A stretch of DNA of 64,000 nucleotides from Octopus sinensis (lineage: Eukaryota): NCBI RefSeq assembly GCF_006345805.1, contig NC_043004.1, positions 67,084,001 to 67,148,000 of the forward strand, in the 5' to 3' direction. Numbering within the stretch: position 1 is the first letter of the stretch; every line of letters starts with the position of its first letter. Positions 12,421 through 25,385 of the stretch are shown here, one piece after another. The translations under genes and the position numbers were made by a program. The notes under the pieces are model-generated. The model made no database searches and was not told the origin of the DNA. It saw only the letters and a program-made list of their open reading frames with translations.

Positions 12421-13819
12421 TAGTCCATTAAATCGATCCCAGTAATTCACTGGTACTTAATTCATCGACTTCGAAATGATGAAAGGCAAAGTCGGTTAAA
12501 AAAATATATTTTGGTTAAAAATCAAACCGATATAGTCATAAAGGTCACGTGACTTGTATTTAATAAATCACGGCTTACTAAAAATTTAAGTGAACTGGAG
12601 ATACGAAACGGATCAGCTACAAGGAAATAATAAAGTAGCATCATTATTGAAACCTCTGAAATACTATCCGTTTTCATATTGTTTTGTCGTTAATGATGAC
12701 TACAAACGAGAATGTCTAGTTAGTATCTGGATTTATTAGAAAAACAGGGAAATATTAAATCTAGTTCATAATAAACGAATAATAATACTAAAGCATTGTC
12801 ACTATAGACGTAAATTTAGAATATTTTCAGCCGTAAATGGAGACGTTTATTTTTCGATTATTAGAAGTTCTATGAGACTGAAAAATACTGGTCCGAATTT
12901 CGAAGATGTGGTATTTGTTCTTTTTAAAATTTCAATTTCAAAGGAGTTTAATACATTTTCGATAAGGTATAATATCAGAAATTTTCCGCCATTGTAGTAG
13001 TTTAAATGAAGCCAAACATTTTGTTATTAACGCTTCCCGCAGCATAAATCATATGTTCATTAAAATACTTAATTGAATGCACAATACTAGGAAATTTCTT
13101 GGATATATAGATATACATATACGCTCGATATCATAAGTATTTATGAATACACACAGATTATATACGCATTCTCTCTCCCACATGCACACATGCATATTAT
13201 TTTTAGCAGACTTTGACTTCTTCCATCAAAGAGTTTATAACTCTATACGCTGTCCCTCAGTTATTTCTTTAGGATAATCCTCCCGGTGATAAAATTTTTT
13301 GTTTCCTGTCTGTCCATAAGACCGTTACTCTTTATTTATGTGAGTTCGCACGTTTTCCCACGTGTTGTCCTGCTTCCTTTCATCTTTCTCCCTCGTCGGC
13401 CCACTAATTGTCTCGTCTTCAATTACATTCATTCCACATTTGTATCTTCACTTTCTGTATCGCATAGTTGTCTATTTCTTGTTTGTTAAGTCATTTATCG
13501 TCCTGTTTAGTCCATTGTTTGTCAGCTCGCCATCTCCCGGCGACTTCTCTCCGTTGTTGACACCTGGGGATTGTAATATTAATGCTAAGGCGTAAGATTT
13601 CATTTGACCCTCTGGTCGGTAACTCATGAGAATTTCGTGTCCTTCGGTGCCTGCTTCCCGTTTATCTGTACATGGAACGATATGTACGATTATATTTTTT
13701 AACAAGTAATTATTCAAATATATTTGGATGCATATATAGATATATACAAACATAAACATACATTTATAACCAATATCTATATGTATGAATATTGTATACT
13801 ATGTGTATATATATACATA

Positions 13820-13917
<98 letters not shown>

Positions 13918-14048
13918 GTATACATTTATACTTTAATTAATATTATCAAAGGGTAATCGGAAATATTAGAAATTTCCATTACCAGTGGCCTAGCGTGTAA
14001 AAATTTAGTCAATAGACAATATATTATTCATATAGATATAGTGTACAA

Positions 14049-14268
14049 TTAAACCCATAAGAGTTAGCCATCATAGGACTATCTACACGCTAGAGAGGAC
14101 AGTTAAATTCCGAACCACCATTAGAGATGAAAATCGAAGGGAATGATAAATAGATGGTAACTGTTTATCTTATTCATTCTCTTCGATTTTTATCTCTAAT
14201 AGTGGTTTGGAATTTAACTGACCTTTCTAGCGCGTAGGTAGTCCTATGATGGCTAACCCTTATGGGTT

Positions 14269-14271
<3 letters not shown>
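14049..14271. repeat. 223-bp foldback (98-bp arms, 9 mismatches, ~27-nt loop), MITE-like
   Basis: Arm-by-arm alignment of 14049-14146 with the reverse complement of 14174-14271. (TA)n on the right flank. Confidence 0.9.
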
Positions 14272-14312
<41 letters not shown>

Positions 14313-15150
14313 TACTTAAATAAATACATAGATTAATACGTACATATTTACGTCTTTTTCAAAGTATGTATATAGGCAGAAGCGGCGATAATATAATATT
14401 GAAATCTCAAATCAATTTACATTGTTAGCCTATGAAAGGTCTCCTATATTTATTCCAACACGTTTCAGAATCGGGAGATGTTATGGCAAATGAGTGATTC
14501 CGATTAATTTCTATGAAATAGGATTTTTTATTGATACATTTGTCGAAGTACTCCTAATAGTTCACTGACCGATTCTTAATTACACAAGACACGAAATATA
14601 AACAAGTCGTGTTGTGTGTCAGAGCTATATATATGAATTTATCTTTAAAAACCGACATTTCATCATGCAATGGTGTTCTCATATATAATCATAATAAACA
14701 ATTGCGATATTATATCATTCAGGAATAAAAATGAGGAGATATCTATAAAATGATAGTTACGTATTTAGAAATCATAATATACATAACGTGATGAATTGGC
14801 TAACGTAACACGATCAGTTTATTAAACGATGAATTACTATATTGGCTCGAATGCACAAATTCCTAATACAATATATCGTTGAAAAGTATTACTGTAATCG
14901 ATATACCGGTAAGCTAGAACGTTTGGCAAAATGCTTAGTGGCATTTCATTCGTCTTTACATTCTGATTTCAGATTCCGCTGAGGTGCACTTTTTGCTTCA
15001 TCCTTTCAAGGTCGATAAAATAAATACCAGCTGCACACTGGGGTCGATGAAATCGACTTAACCCTCCCTAAATTACTCACATTGTGCCATTATTGCCCTT
15101 TTTTTTTGTTATTGTAGTAGTTAAAACTATGTGCTGCCAGTATGATTAGT

Positions 15151-15558
15151 GGAGGCGCAATGGCCCAGTGGTTAGGGCAGCGGACTTGCGGTCGTAGGAT
15201 CGTGGTTTCGATTCCCAGACCGGGCATTGTGAGTGCTTATTGAGCGAAAACACCTAAAGCTCCACGAGGCTCCGGCAGGGTGTGGTAGTGAACCCTGCTG
15301 TACACTTTCACCTCAACTTTCTCTCACTCTTTCTACCTGTTTCTGTTGTACCTGTATTTCAAAGGGCCAGCCTTGTCACACTCTCTCTCACGCTGAATCT
15401 CCCCGAGAACTACGTTAAGGGTACACGTGTGGAGTGCTCAGCCATTCGCACATTAATAAATGAGCTGCTGGTCTTCCATAAACAACCTTGCCCAGACTTG
15501 TGCCTCGGAGAGTAACTTTCTAGGTGCAAAACCATGGTCATTCATGACCGAAGGAGGT
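15151..15558 (+). mobile_element. tRNA-derived SINE, family A, near full length
   Basis: A box TGGCCCAGTGG, B box GTTTCGATTCC, body TTATTGAGCGAAAACACCTAAAGCTCCACGAGG. A 5' part also occurs at 31135-31297 (-). Confidence 0.85.
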
Positions 15559-15849
15559 CACAATATATATATGTAAGTATACTGTAAAGTGTTAATATGT
15601 ATACTATATAATATATATTATAAAAATATGTTAGTTTTATTTAATTTCTGAACTGTTGGGCGGCCGTTTGTTTATGTAGCTTGATTTTTTTATCCATCAG
15701 TTTTTACTGAGATATAGACGCGAGTAGAATTAATAATAGAGAAAGGAGAATAAAACATTCGAAACAGCCTAAAGGGAGATAACTGAGGAAGACTTGAAAT
15801 CAACGTGAAGTAAATATAACAAAATAATCCAGAACCTTTGTCCGGTAAC

Positions 15850-15982
15850 AGATCGATCCCAAAATCTAACTTCATGCCAGTCACGAGGACAAACATCCAG
15901 TGGTTCTTGAGATATTTTGTCTACGGACATAAATCAAAGAAACACGATTGAAAACACCTCTGCCTTAGCGAAGGTGAAGGTA
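15850..15982 (-). mobile_element. Partial Helentron/HINE-type element
   Basis: Reverse-complement similarity to 23522-23873, with a degenerate palindrome ACCTCTGCCTTAGCGAAGGT. Confidence 0.5.
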
Positions 15983-16109
15983 ACAAATAAGTCGGTTGCT
16001 GGTCGAAATTATCCTCAGCATCGATGTATGTAAGTGCCGCAAAATACATAAATATATTTTAAAACCAAAATGAAATAATTGTCAAAATGTTTATGAAAGG
16101 CACAAGGCC

Positions 16110-17040
16110 TGAACCTTTGGGGGGAGGGAATTAATCGATTATACCTACCCAAGTGTTCCAATGGTACTTTATTGATCGACTCCGAAAGGATGGAAAGCAA
16201 AGTGGACTTCGGGGTAATTTTAACCCAAAACGTAAAGCCCTACGAAATGCTTGGAAGGCGTTTCGCCCAGCCTGCTAATGATTCTGCCAGCTTGCCATCT
16301 TATCGTGGTAGTTATAATAACAACATTTGTGCCATTGAAAGAAAATTCCTTGGGACATTACGTTATTGAGCAGAAAAAGCTACAGAGGAAATATGAGAAT
16401 GGATGGACTTGAACTTACTCCGTTGAGAGCCGTAAATAAGCTTTTATACTCTGGGCACAAGTCATGAAATTTATGGAGAAGGGACCAGTCGATCAAATCG
16501 AGTCCAGTACGCAAGTGGTACTTTATTTATCAACCCCGAAAGAATGAAAAGCAAAGTCGACCTCGGCGGAATTTGACCTCAGAACGTAACGGCAGACGAA
16601 ATATCGCTAAGCATTTCACCCGGCGTGTTGATGTTTCTTATTGCATAATTGCCCACAAAGGGCTAAACATAGAGAGGACAAAGGGATTGAGTCGATCAAA
16701 TCGACCCCAGTGCGCAACTGGTACTTAATTTATCGACCCCGAAAGGATGAAAGGCAAAGTCGACCTCGGCGGAATTTTAACTCAGAACGTAACGGCAGAC
16801 GAAATACCTATTTCTTTACTACCCACAAGGGGCTAAACACAGAGAGGACAATCAAGGACAGACAAACGGATTAAGTCGATTATATCGACCCCAGTGCGTA
16901 ACTGGTACTTATTTAATCGACCCCGAAAGGATGAAAGCCAATGTCGACCTCGTCGGAATTTGGACTCAGAATGTAACGGCAGACAAAGTACGGATACGCA
17001 TATCGCCCGGCGTGCTAACGTTTCTGCCAGATCGCCGACT
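16110..17040 (-). mobile_element. Cluster/concatemer of tRNA-derived SINE family D (head GGCGGCGAGCTGGCAGAAACGTTAGC)
   Basis: Four repeats of ACTGGTACTT..ATCGACCCCGAAAGGATGAAAGGCAAAGTCGACCTCGGCGGAATTT. Confidence 0.85.
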
Positions 17041-18462
17041 TGACAGCCGTAAATAATAGCTAGAGTTTAAGTATCATGTTTTCTAATATAGTCACAAAAA
17101 GTAGCGAAGTGACAGTATCGTTAGGACCACAGGCGAATTGTTTATAGACACATCTTCTGACTTCACGTTCTATTATTCTTTTGGTGTCGATAAAATAAGT
17201 ACCAGTTGAGCATTGTGGTTGATGCTATCATCTAACTCGTTTCGACGGAATTGCTAGTCTTGTGCCAAATTTTAAAACCAATCTACGTAAAAAGTTGGCA
17301 ACTTAGGAGTAGAGATCTAGTCAGTTAAATGGACCCGCTAATAAATATGAAACACTTTATTTGACTACGACCAAATATGAAATCATAACATAAATATACG
17401 CTATTAAAATGCCGCATAGAATGAAGTTGGTGTGTATCAGGTCTGCCGATTCAGAGAATGACAGTTATAATATCAAGAAGAATAACAATAGTGTCTTAAA
17501 AATAATTGACGCATCCACGATCATATTGATAAAACTATAAAAATAAAACCGTATCTGTTACGTGTTTCATTGTTTATTAACCTTTGATAGACATATAATA
17601 ACGCAGTAGACATTCAAACATCATAAATTTTTTTAATCATTGCTGATATGGAAGAAAGATATTTGATAGCGTTTCTATGATAATTTCTAACGCAATTTCT
17701 TTGATAAAGATATCAAAGGAATCAAAGAATATAATGCTGTGATTAACAAACATTTATGGGTTTGCTATTTCAGGATTTCCAAGCATTCTGTAAACTAAAT
17801 CGCTCTATCATTTCAATGAACATATTGTGAGTCAGTTATGCTCTACGCTGTTTAGTATAAACCCGCAAAAAGAACGAGCCAATAACTGAAGACCAATTTG
17901 TTATAAATAACAACCATCACACTCTTAAATCACTCGCAGCCATCTTGAAGAAGTTTAATTCGTTCTCTATTTCATAATTTTCATACGTGTTTTACGGTCA
18001 ACTCGTAGACCATGTACTTGTGCATAATGCATTTCCATATAACCTATATCCTTCTATACTGTGTGAAATGTTTTGACAGAACACATCGAATGTCTGACAA
18101 TGCATTGTCGTGTTTACTACGCCTTCTGAAATAGACTTTCGTCCCCACAAGCCTCGGAGGAGACTAAATAATATATCAGTTTATGATGATGCTTTACCGA
18201 TCAACAGACTTCTGAGAGTGTTGAACCTAATTCCATGCAATATTTGTATCGTTATTACTTTTTTAGTTCCTTACTGGAGACAATTGGACCAAACTCTATA
18301 CGATTATAGCTTTCATTCAGCAAAATATTGGTGCAGTTGGTTTTGCTCCTTTGGTAATTATTGTTTATCCATAAAATAAACCTCCCTGATTTCCTCTTTC
18401 GTTTTGTACAAACATTTTCAGCACTAAGAAAAGTAAATCTTAGAAAACGATAGCATGTCTTC

Positions 18463-18625
18463 ATAGGAGTGGCTGTATGATAAGTAGCTTGCTTACCAAC
18501 CACATGGTTCCGGGTTCAGTTCCACTGCGTGGCACCTTGGGCAAGTGTCTTCTACTATAGCCTCGGGCCGACCAATGCATTGTGAGTGGATTTGGTAGAC
18601 GGAAACAGAAAGAAGCCCGTCATAC

Positions 18626-18675
<50 letters not shown>

Positions 18676-18703
18676 TATATAATAATATATATATATATAA
18701 TAT

Positions 18704-18761
<58 letters not shown>

Positions 18762-18978
18762 ATATATATATAGATATATATATATATATATATATGTGCG
18801 TATATGTTTGTGTGTCAATGTTTGTTCCTCCAATATCGCTTGACAAACGATGCTGGTGTGTTTACGTTCCCGTTCGGCAAAAGGGACCGATTGAATAAGT
18901 CCTGGGTCGATTTGCTCGACTAAAGGCGGTGCTCCAGCATGGACACAGTCAAATTACTAAAACAAGTAAAAGAGTAAA
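18463..18978 (+). mobile_element. SINE family C with expanded internal (TA)n
   Basis: Same head and tail as 1018-1458, in forward orientation. Confidence 0.8.
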
Positions 18979-19170
18979 GGAGAGTATGTTCTTAATTCAT
19001 TCTTTTCATATATTAATGTACACATATATTTTCCTATAGGTGATTTCTATAGAGTCCCAGCACACAATTACGTCTGCCAACGAAGATTTCTAAGATATTA
19101 ACACAAAAAGCCAGTAATATGCATGCGTTTTGTGTGTCAGATGGTTGCTTCTCAAGCAAATATGGCCTGT

Positions 19171-19446
19171 TCAATTGTAATATGCTTTTCCAACTTGTGT
19201 ATGGTAATTTTGTAGTTGCGAACAGGCCCGCATCCCCCTTTCCTGGATCGATTTGAACGTCGTTGATATGACAGCCGCGAAGTTATAATAAAACGAGTCT
19301 GATATATATTCACATTCTTGTAGACTGGAGAAACACAAAATATATTTCCTTGCATAAAGACACGAGCGTAGGCGGCTCCGAGAATAAAACTCACTGCATT
19401 CCGGCCGTCTGTACAGCACCGCGACAGTATCACGGAATTTAAGTTT
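19171..19446 (-). CDS. Candidate terminal coding exon, product unknown (91 codons, 5 Cys)
   Basis: Pyrimidine-rich tract plus AAG acceptor, then an open frame KLKFRDTVAVLYRRPECSEFYSRSRLRSCLYARKYILCFSSLQECEYISDSFYYNFAAVISTTFKSIQERGMRACSQLQNYHTQVGKAYYN*. Non-repetitive and CpG-richer than the flanks. Family not recognised. Confidence 0.3.
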   Translation of the reverse strand, partial: KLKFRDTVAVLYRRPECSEFYSRSRLRSCLYARKYILCFSSLQECEYISDSFYYNFAAVISTTFKSIQERGMRACSQLQNYHTQVGKAYYN

Positions 19447-19522
19447 CTTAAGTAAAATGTGTATGAAGAATGAAAACAGATATTACATATATTATAGTTC
19501 TACAATACAAGGAAAATATATA

Positions 19523-19620
19523 TCTATATATATAATAAAACGGAAGATGTGTGCGTGTGCGCGCACGTGTGTGTAGGGGCCTTTTACTTCATCCCCCTTA
19601 AAATCAATATTTTTCGTCTA
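19523..19620 (+). mobile_element. Helitron-type 5' terminus
   Basis: A|TCTATATATATAATAAAA followed by a (GT)-rich tract, as at 38428. No 3' end found. Confidence 0.45.
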
Positions 19621-20271
19621 ATTACGTTCACGCTGGGAACATACACCACTTACGATCCAGAGATGATAATAAACTCTTCTAATTTTCCACATAATGAGTA
19701 ATGCCGCCCCCAGGGGACGGAAACACCTCATAGGTAAATAACAAATAGTAACGATCATTGCTTCAATGGACGTTACTTTTGATGACGGAGTTATGCTACT
19801 TTCACTTCGTCTTTCACTACTGTTTTTACAATACTCATTCACTGAAAACCTCTGATATTTGCACACTAGCACTTCCTTCAGGTAGCCATGCAATTTAAAT
19901 CTACTTTTAATTATATTTCAAATGCCTTCAGAAATTATTCATATAATATATCTACTCTACTGTTACACATACAAGGTTGTGACAGTTATACAGATTTTAC
20001 AATGCCCAGTCCTTGCAAACTGCCGATATTTGCACGTTAGCTCGTCCTTGATATAGCCATGCACTTTACTTCAACGTTTAATAATTTCTTAAATGCCTTA
20101 AGACAACATTTATCCAGAAAGCCCAAAGGCTCAACTGTTTCAACCCTTCCTAAGGCTATTCTGACAATTTTCTGAAACCACGACAGATATCATTCAGGCA
20201 TCGTCTTAACCCACCCCCTCTACCTTCACTTTCCAGATAACCTTGCAATCCCCTCTTATATATATGTATAT

Positions 20272-20484
20272 ATATAAAGTTAATCCAAACATGAAAACAC
20301 AAAGAGAAAATACAACAACGCGAGGACGTGGAACAAATATAGTATTATTGGACGCTCAGGAAGGAAGGGAAGAAGGAGGGTTTTTCGAGCGGAGCTCTAC
20401 ATCAGAAACATAGGAAATGGAAAGATCCAGGGAAGGGAAGACGGAGGAAAAAGATCGCCAACGGTACACACGCGGTCACATTTT
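20272..20484 (-). mobile_element. Solo copy of the 5742-6480 terminal repeat
   Basis: High similarity to 5742-5953. The hammerhead core is damaged (CTGATGT, stem III deleted). Confidence 0.8.
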
Positions 20485-20572
20485 ATATATATATACGCAC
20501 AATTTGTATTAGTAAAATTAGTCTTAACGACAGTAGTCAAACTGGTAACCACGCTGCAATCAGAAGTGAAGT

Positions 20573-20604
<32 letters not shown>

Positions 20605-21622
20605 ATGGTAGTAGTAGTAGTAGTAGTAGTAGTAATAATAATTGCAGCAGCAGAAGTAGCAGTGCAATTATTATTACTAGCAGTAATAAAATTATTTTTT
20701 TGCTTAGTATGACCTTAAATAAAACGTTTCAAATATCAAAATGTACTGTAAAACATTATTATTCACACCGGCGGCTGTATTTCCATAAAAAAAACAACAT
20801 AATGATAAATCTAACGCATATTAAACAATAGCTAAAAACAACCCTCAAGTCCCATTTTTGTTTTTGAGAGTTTTATCATTTTTTTCATCAGTTTTCTTAT
20901 GTCTTAAAAATTAAATCACTCAATAACATTCTAGGCTATATGTCTGCGTATATATACGCAAACGTGTTCATGGTTGTCTTTGAGTGTATATGTGTATGTG
21001 TATGTGTTAGTTTAAGCATTTATGTTATTTTTTGATATTTGTGTTGAGGGCGTTTTAACTTCCGGATTTATATTTCATTTTTCATGCCATTAGTAATCCA
21101 CTTGTGTTTGTGTTTGGAAGTTTAGTAATTTACATTGAAAACGCTCGAAGAGAAAATGAAATGACAATTACAAGAACATACGTTACTAAAAATATAAAAT
21201 GTAGCCTTTTACAAAACAAATCTATATAACTGAAGGAATTTTACGCGTGATTTTCTGAGAAGCGAAGATCAGCGGAAAGAAAAAAAAACTGTAGTAGTGA
21301 ATTGTACACTTTTCCACAATTAGTAAATTCTTTATTTTTTAAAGTTATTTCAGTTAAAATTAGTAGAAAGTATTCTTTCTTTTTTCAGTTGCCACTATAA
21401 TGAATAATCAACAACAATATTAAAAATAATAATCATGGTTTCAAATTTTTGCACAAAGCCGGCAATTTCAAGTGAGGTTTTATGTCAACTACATCGTCCC
21501 CAGAAAACAAATGGTACTATTTTATCGACACTTAAATAATGAAAAGCAATGTCGACCTCGTGAAATGTGAACTTAGAACATAACCAGGTGACAATTCTGC
21601 CATCTTATTGGTTTCAGAATAA

Positions 21623-22126
21623 TGATACAGTACCAAGTACTAGACCTCATGGATTCTGAACTCAACTGACTGGAAGTGTTAACGTGTGCATATTTTAACT
21701 TCATATGAAAGATGGGCTACAGCAAATATTCTGCTCAATACGATAGATTCGCTTGTGCGTTGTTTGACCTTAAATAGTTGAGCATATTCCTTAGTGTCTG
21801 ACGATTTGTGCAACTCTGACAATGAGCAGGAGTAGTGGGGCAGCATATATAACTATGTATTGAGAAGAATTTCTTAGGGTTTAAATAATTCGCCTCTGCG
21901 AACACAGGTGTTTTATCCATCATCCTTAAACAAACCTTATTGAGGGTCCATTTGAGCCGGATGGACTACCTGCAAGGTCATGCATGATCTATCTTTACAT
22001 GGCATTACCATTTCGCGTACATATGACTGTGATGCATGCTCGTACTGTACCCTTATCAGACGGAGAGTCCTGGTGTGTAGAGTGGGCTTCGCATATTTAT
22101 ACACCAGTGTCACTTTGATGGCATGC
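21623..22126 (+). mobile_element. Diverged copy of the ~555-bp (AAT)n-associated element E
   Basis: Reverse complement of the copies at 30230-30785 and 52395-52948. Confidence 0.75.
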
Positions 22127-22149
22127 GTTGACAGAACTGTAAAAACATT

Positions 22150-22480
22150 GGGGGTTGTGCTTCCCGGAATATGAAATGAGGCAGGCACGTACGTGGTAGT
22201 GAGACAGAATTACCTGTTGGTGAATGAGTTACGTACTTTGAACTTAGTAGGTATAACTATCTTGATATTGTGGAGCTGCACGAATTTCTAAATGAGAAGC
22301 TGAAAGGTGTAAAGAGCTTGAAGAGTCTTGGATGGGCCTGTTATGAATTACAGTGCGCCAATTCTAAATAAGAGCAAAGGAGAGATAAAAAATGTTGGAA
22401 GGCCTCACACAAAAGCAGATCTTGACAGTTATGCATTGTAGCGAAAAGGAAGTTATATAGCTACGTAGTCCGGAGTACCT
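22150..22480 (+). mobile_element. R4/Dong-type LINE fragment (post-RT/thumb region), degenerate
   Basis: Translations YNYLDIVELHEFLNEKLK and VMNYSAPILNKSKGEIK...PHTKADLDSY resemble the YKYLG...HPKADVDRLY region of RLE-type non-LTR elements. Confidence 0.55.
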
Positions 22481-22778
22481 AGGAGGGTAAAAATCATGTG
22501 CGCTTATTGAATGAAGGTCTTTAGATTAGAAGTAGAAATGATAATGGACATTATCATTGATATTGCTTTCCTTATAATTATAATTATTAGTACACGTACA
22601 ATTATTGCATGTTGAATTAATAATTGAATTAATATATTTGGTTGGTAAATTTTTGGGCATTTACTATTCGTGGATTTCAAGTATTTCATATCTTCAGCTG
22701 CTAGAGTTATCAAGACTGATATTTGAATGTCTTTTTAAGATAGATATTTATGCAAGTATTATTATTATTATATTATTA

Positions 22779-22812
<34 letters not shown>

Positions 22813-22813
<1 letters not shown>

Positions 22814-23229
22814 GTGAGAGAGCAGCGCATGTCATCAAAGGTACACTGGAGTAAAATATACGAAACCCAGTATACCCATCTTGACTACATATCTGATAAG
22901 AGTACACCAGGTACATGCATCACAACTATATGTGCTCGACATTGTGATCTCATATCAAGATAAACAGCACATTACCTTGCAGGTGGGGCCCAGTTAGAAT
23001 TTGCTTCAGGTCGAGTAGTCCCTCTCGCTCAAAAGATCACTGAATAAGGATTGTTTAAAGATGTTGAACGAACCACCCATGTTTCTAAAGGTGAATTATC
23101 CAAACTTCTAAGAATTTCTTTCAACGCACGGCTATGATGCTCCCCCACTACTTCTGCTCGTGATCAGAGATGCACATATCGTCAGCCACTAAGGGACATG
23201 GGCAACTGACAAACAAATCTGTGGTATTG

Positions 23230-23231
<2 letters not shown>
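22813..23231 (-). mobile_element. Element E, truncated copy between (ATT)n tracts
   Basis: GTGAGAGAGCAG..CATCAAAG..ACACTGG.GTAAAATATACGAA is shared with the other copies. Confidence 0.8.
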
Positions 23232-23262
<31 letters not shown>

Positions 23263-23521
23263 GTTATTCTATGCTTGACTTTTGCTTTACATTTGTGCAA
23301 GTTGGCTCCCAGAGACCTCAAGAGACAAGTTGGAAGTCCATGTTGGTGTTATGCCTAAGGTACCATATATTTGGTTCTGTACTTAGTGTTGTACTAGTGA
23401 ATGTTTAAGAATTATTATTATTATTAACAACAACAACAGCAATAATAATAATAATAATGTTATCTACCATGACATTAATGCTGTTGATGATGATGATATA
23501 TTTCGAGGTACTTCTCCTTAT

Positions 23522-23873
23522 GATTATTACTCCGCCATTGTGTTCAGTCGTGTTTGTTTGTTTGTTTGTCCCTGGAGAAGATATCCCAAGAATCGCTGGA
23601 TGGATTCGGACGAAAGTTTCAGAGATGCTTACACTTGTGATAGGCACGAACTGATTAGATTTTGGGATCGATACTGGACAAGGCTCTGGATTATTTTCCT
23701 GTTTCTTTTTACTTGATTTTTTAGTGCGGTCGGCTTCATTTTTAATATTCAAGATTGTGAGAGTAGTCGAGTTTATTTCAGATATTCTCATTTTAAAAAT
23801 CACCCCTGGCTAATAGTTGGGAGGACGTTGCTGTCACCTTGGCGGAGGTTTGCGCTCTCGGAGTGCTCTTGTT
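23522..23873 (+). mobile_element. Non-autonomous Helentron/HINE (DINE-1-like) element
   Basis: Subterminal IRs CTCCGCCA / TGGCGGAG, (GTTT)n after the left end, 3' stem-loop GCGCTC TCG GAGTGC, inserted in a T-rich site. Confidence 0.65.
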
Positions 23874-24433
23874 ATTATTATTATGATAATAACTAATAGT
23901 CACACTTTTCAACGTTGTCTTCTTAAATGACGAAGCAATATGTATACAAAAAATTCCTAAAGTAAAGAGAAAAAAATCTCTGTTTTGTTAGAAAATTAAC
24001 AATAGAAACATACGGAAGTCGCATCGCTCGCAGTTAATGCTATATACAAAAAATGCATTATGCTTTTTATTACCATTGTTATTGTAGCAAATGCATCAAG
24101 TATTTCTAATGTAATTCTTCTCAATATACTATGCGATCTGCTAATATATTGAATCAAGTTCAGCCAATCGAATATATGTTTTGCCTCTTACCCATGAATA
24201 TCTGTGTGAGCATGGATGTAAGTAACAGTGCGTGTGAACGCTAGGTTATCATTTTCTAAGCCACAATTAAAGTCATTGTTCCTTCCGAAAATGCTTATAA
24301 TATGTCCATTTTGCGCCCTATGATACCTTCATAGATGTCCCCGTATGATAAATGAATTGTATGTGTAATATATATATAGTATTATATTTATTCCTTAATT
24401 TCTATTTTGAGTTCCTAGGGTAGTGCGTCGGTA

Positions 24434-24787
24434 CTCTTTTACTCTTTTACTTGTTTCAGTCATTTGATTGTGGCCATACTGGAGCTCCGTCTTCAGTCGA
24501 GCAAATTGACCCCAGGACTTATTCTTTGTAAGCCTAGTGCTTATTCTATCGGCTTCCTTTGTGAATCGATGATGGGGAGGGGGACAGATACCGAAACACA
24601 AATAGACACACACATATATATACGACGGGATTCTTTCAGTTTCCGCCTACCAAATCCACTCACAAGGCTTTGGTCGGCCCGAGGCTATAGTAGAAGACAC
24701 TTGCCCAAGGTGCCATGCAATGGGACTGAATACAGAACCATGTGGTTGGTAAGCAAGCTACTTATCACAGAGCCACTCCTGCGCCTA
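24434..24787 (-). mobile_element. SINE family C
   Basis: Same head and tail as the other family C copies. Confidence 0.8.
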
Positions 24788-24939
24788 TAATTTATAATAT
24801 AATTTTATGCTAATGTAAAGTTATAGTTTGCTTAAATCATTGTATATGGTATGTTATGTTGACAGAGACAGCAGGTTAAACAATGCAAAATGGATTGTAA
24901 GATGAGTTAACAAACATCAAAAGTAAGATACCCGGTAAA

Positions 24940-25385
24940 CCTTGATTTGATTTTTGATTTTATAATAAAACTATTGGTCTTATATGTGTCCAACAATTCG
25001 GGATTTAAAGGTCCCTTCATCAGAGTTTAAGGAACTCTCTTTCGATAAAAATTTTCACTTTGTTTTAACTATTTTTTCAAGCGATTTTTATGGTAATTTC
25101 GCTTTCCTCATGAATGACGTCAATTCCTAATATAGTATTCTGTAAATTAATTTTCTTTTTTGCATGAGATATTTAATGTGGGTGCCCGTGGGTGTGTATT
25201 TTTTATGTTAAAACTGTGTGCCGAGTTCTAATCTATTATTTATTTGCGGATAGAATATATGTATAAGCAAGGCTTCCTTAATTCTGAAGTTGCCCACATT
25301 TCTATCTCCCGCTTTAATAATAACGGTAAGATATTGCTTGATGTTTCTATATTTGTCAGTGTGCTTTATATTCCCAGAATATAGA
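24940..25385 (-). mobile_element. PLE 3' fragment: GIY-YIG endonuclease C-terminus plus partial hammerhead
   Basis: RIKEALLIHIFYPQINNRLELG (PLE EN C-terminal motif). Downstream CTGATGA AGGGA..TCCC GAA at ~24998-25023. Confidence 0.7.

Noticed and set aside
15151-15225. tRNA gene-like heads (also 31636, 35117, 54638)
   Set aside because: They lack a complete acceptor stem and continue into repeat bodies, so they are SINE heads, not tRNA genes.
16480-17040. Repeat-spacer-like pattern suggestive of CRISPR
   Set aside because: Units are long SINE pieces with repeated, not unique, spacers. Eukaryotic context and no cas genes.
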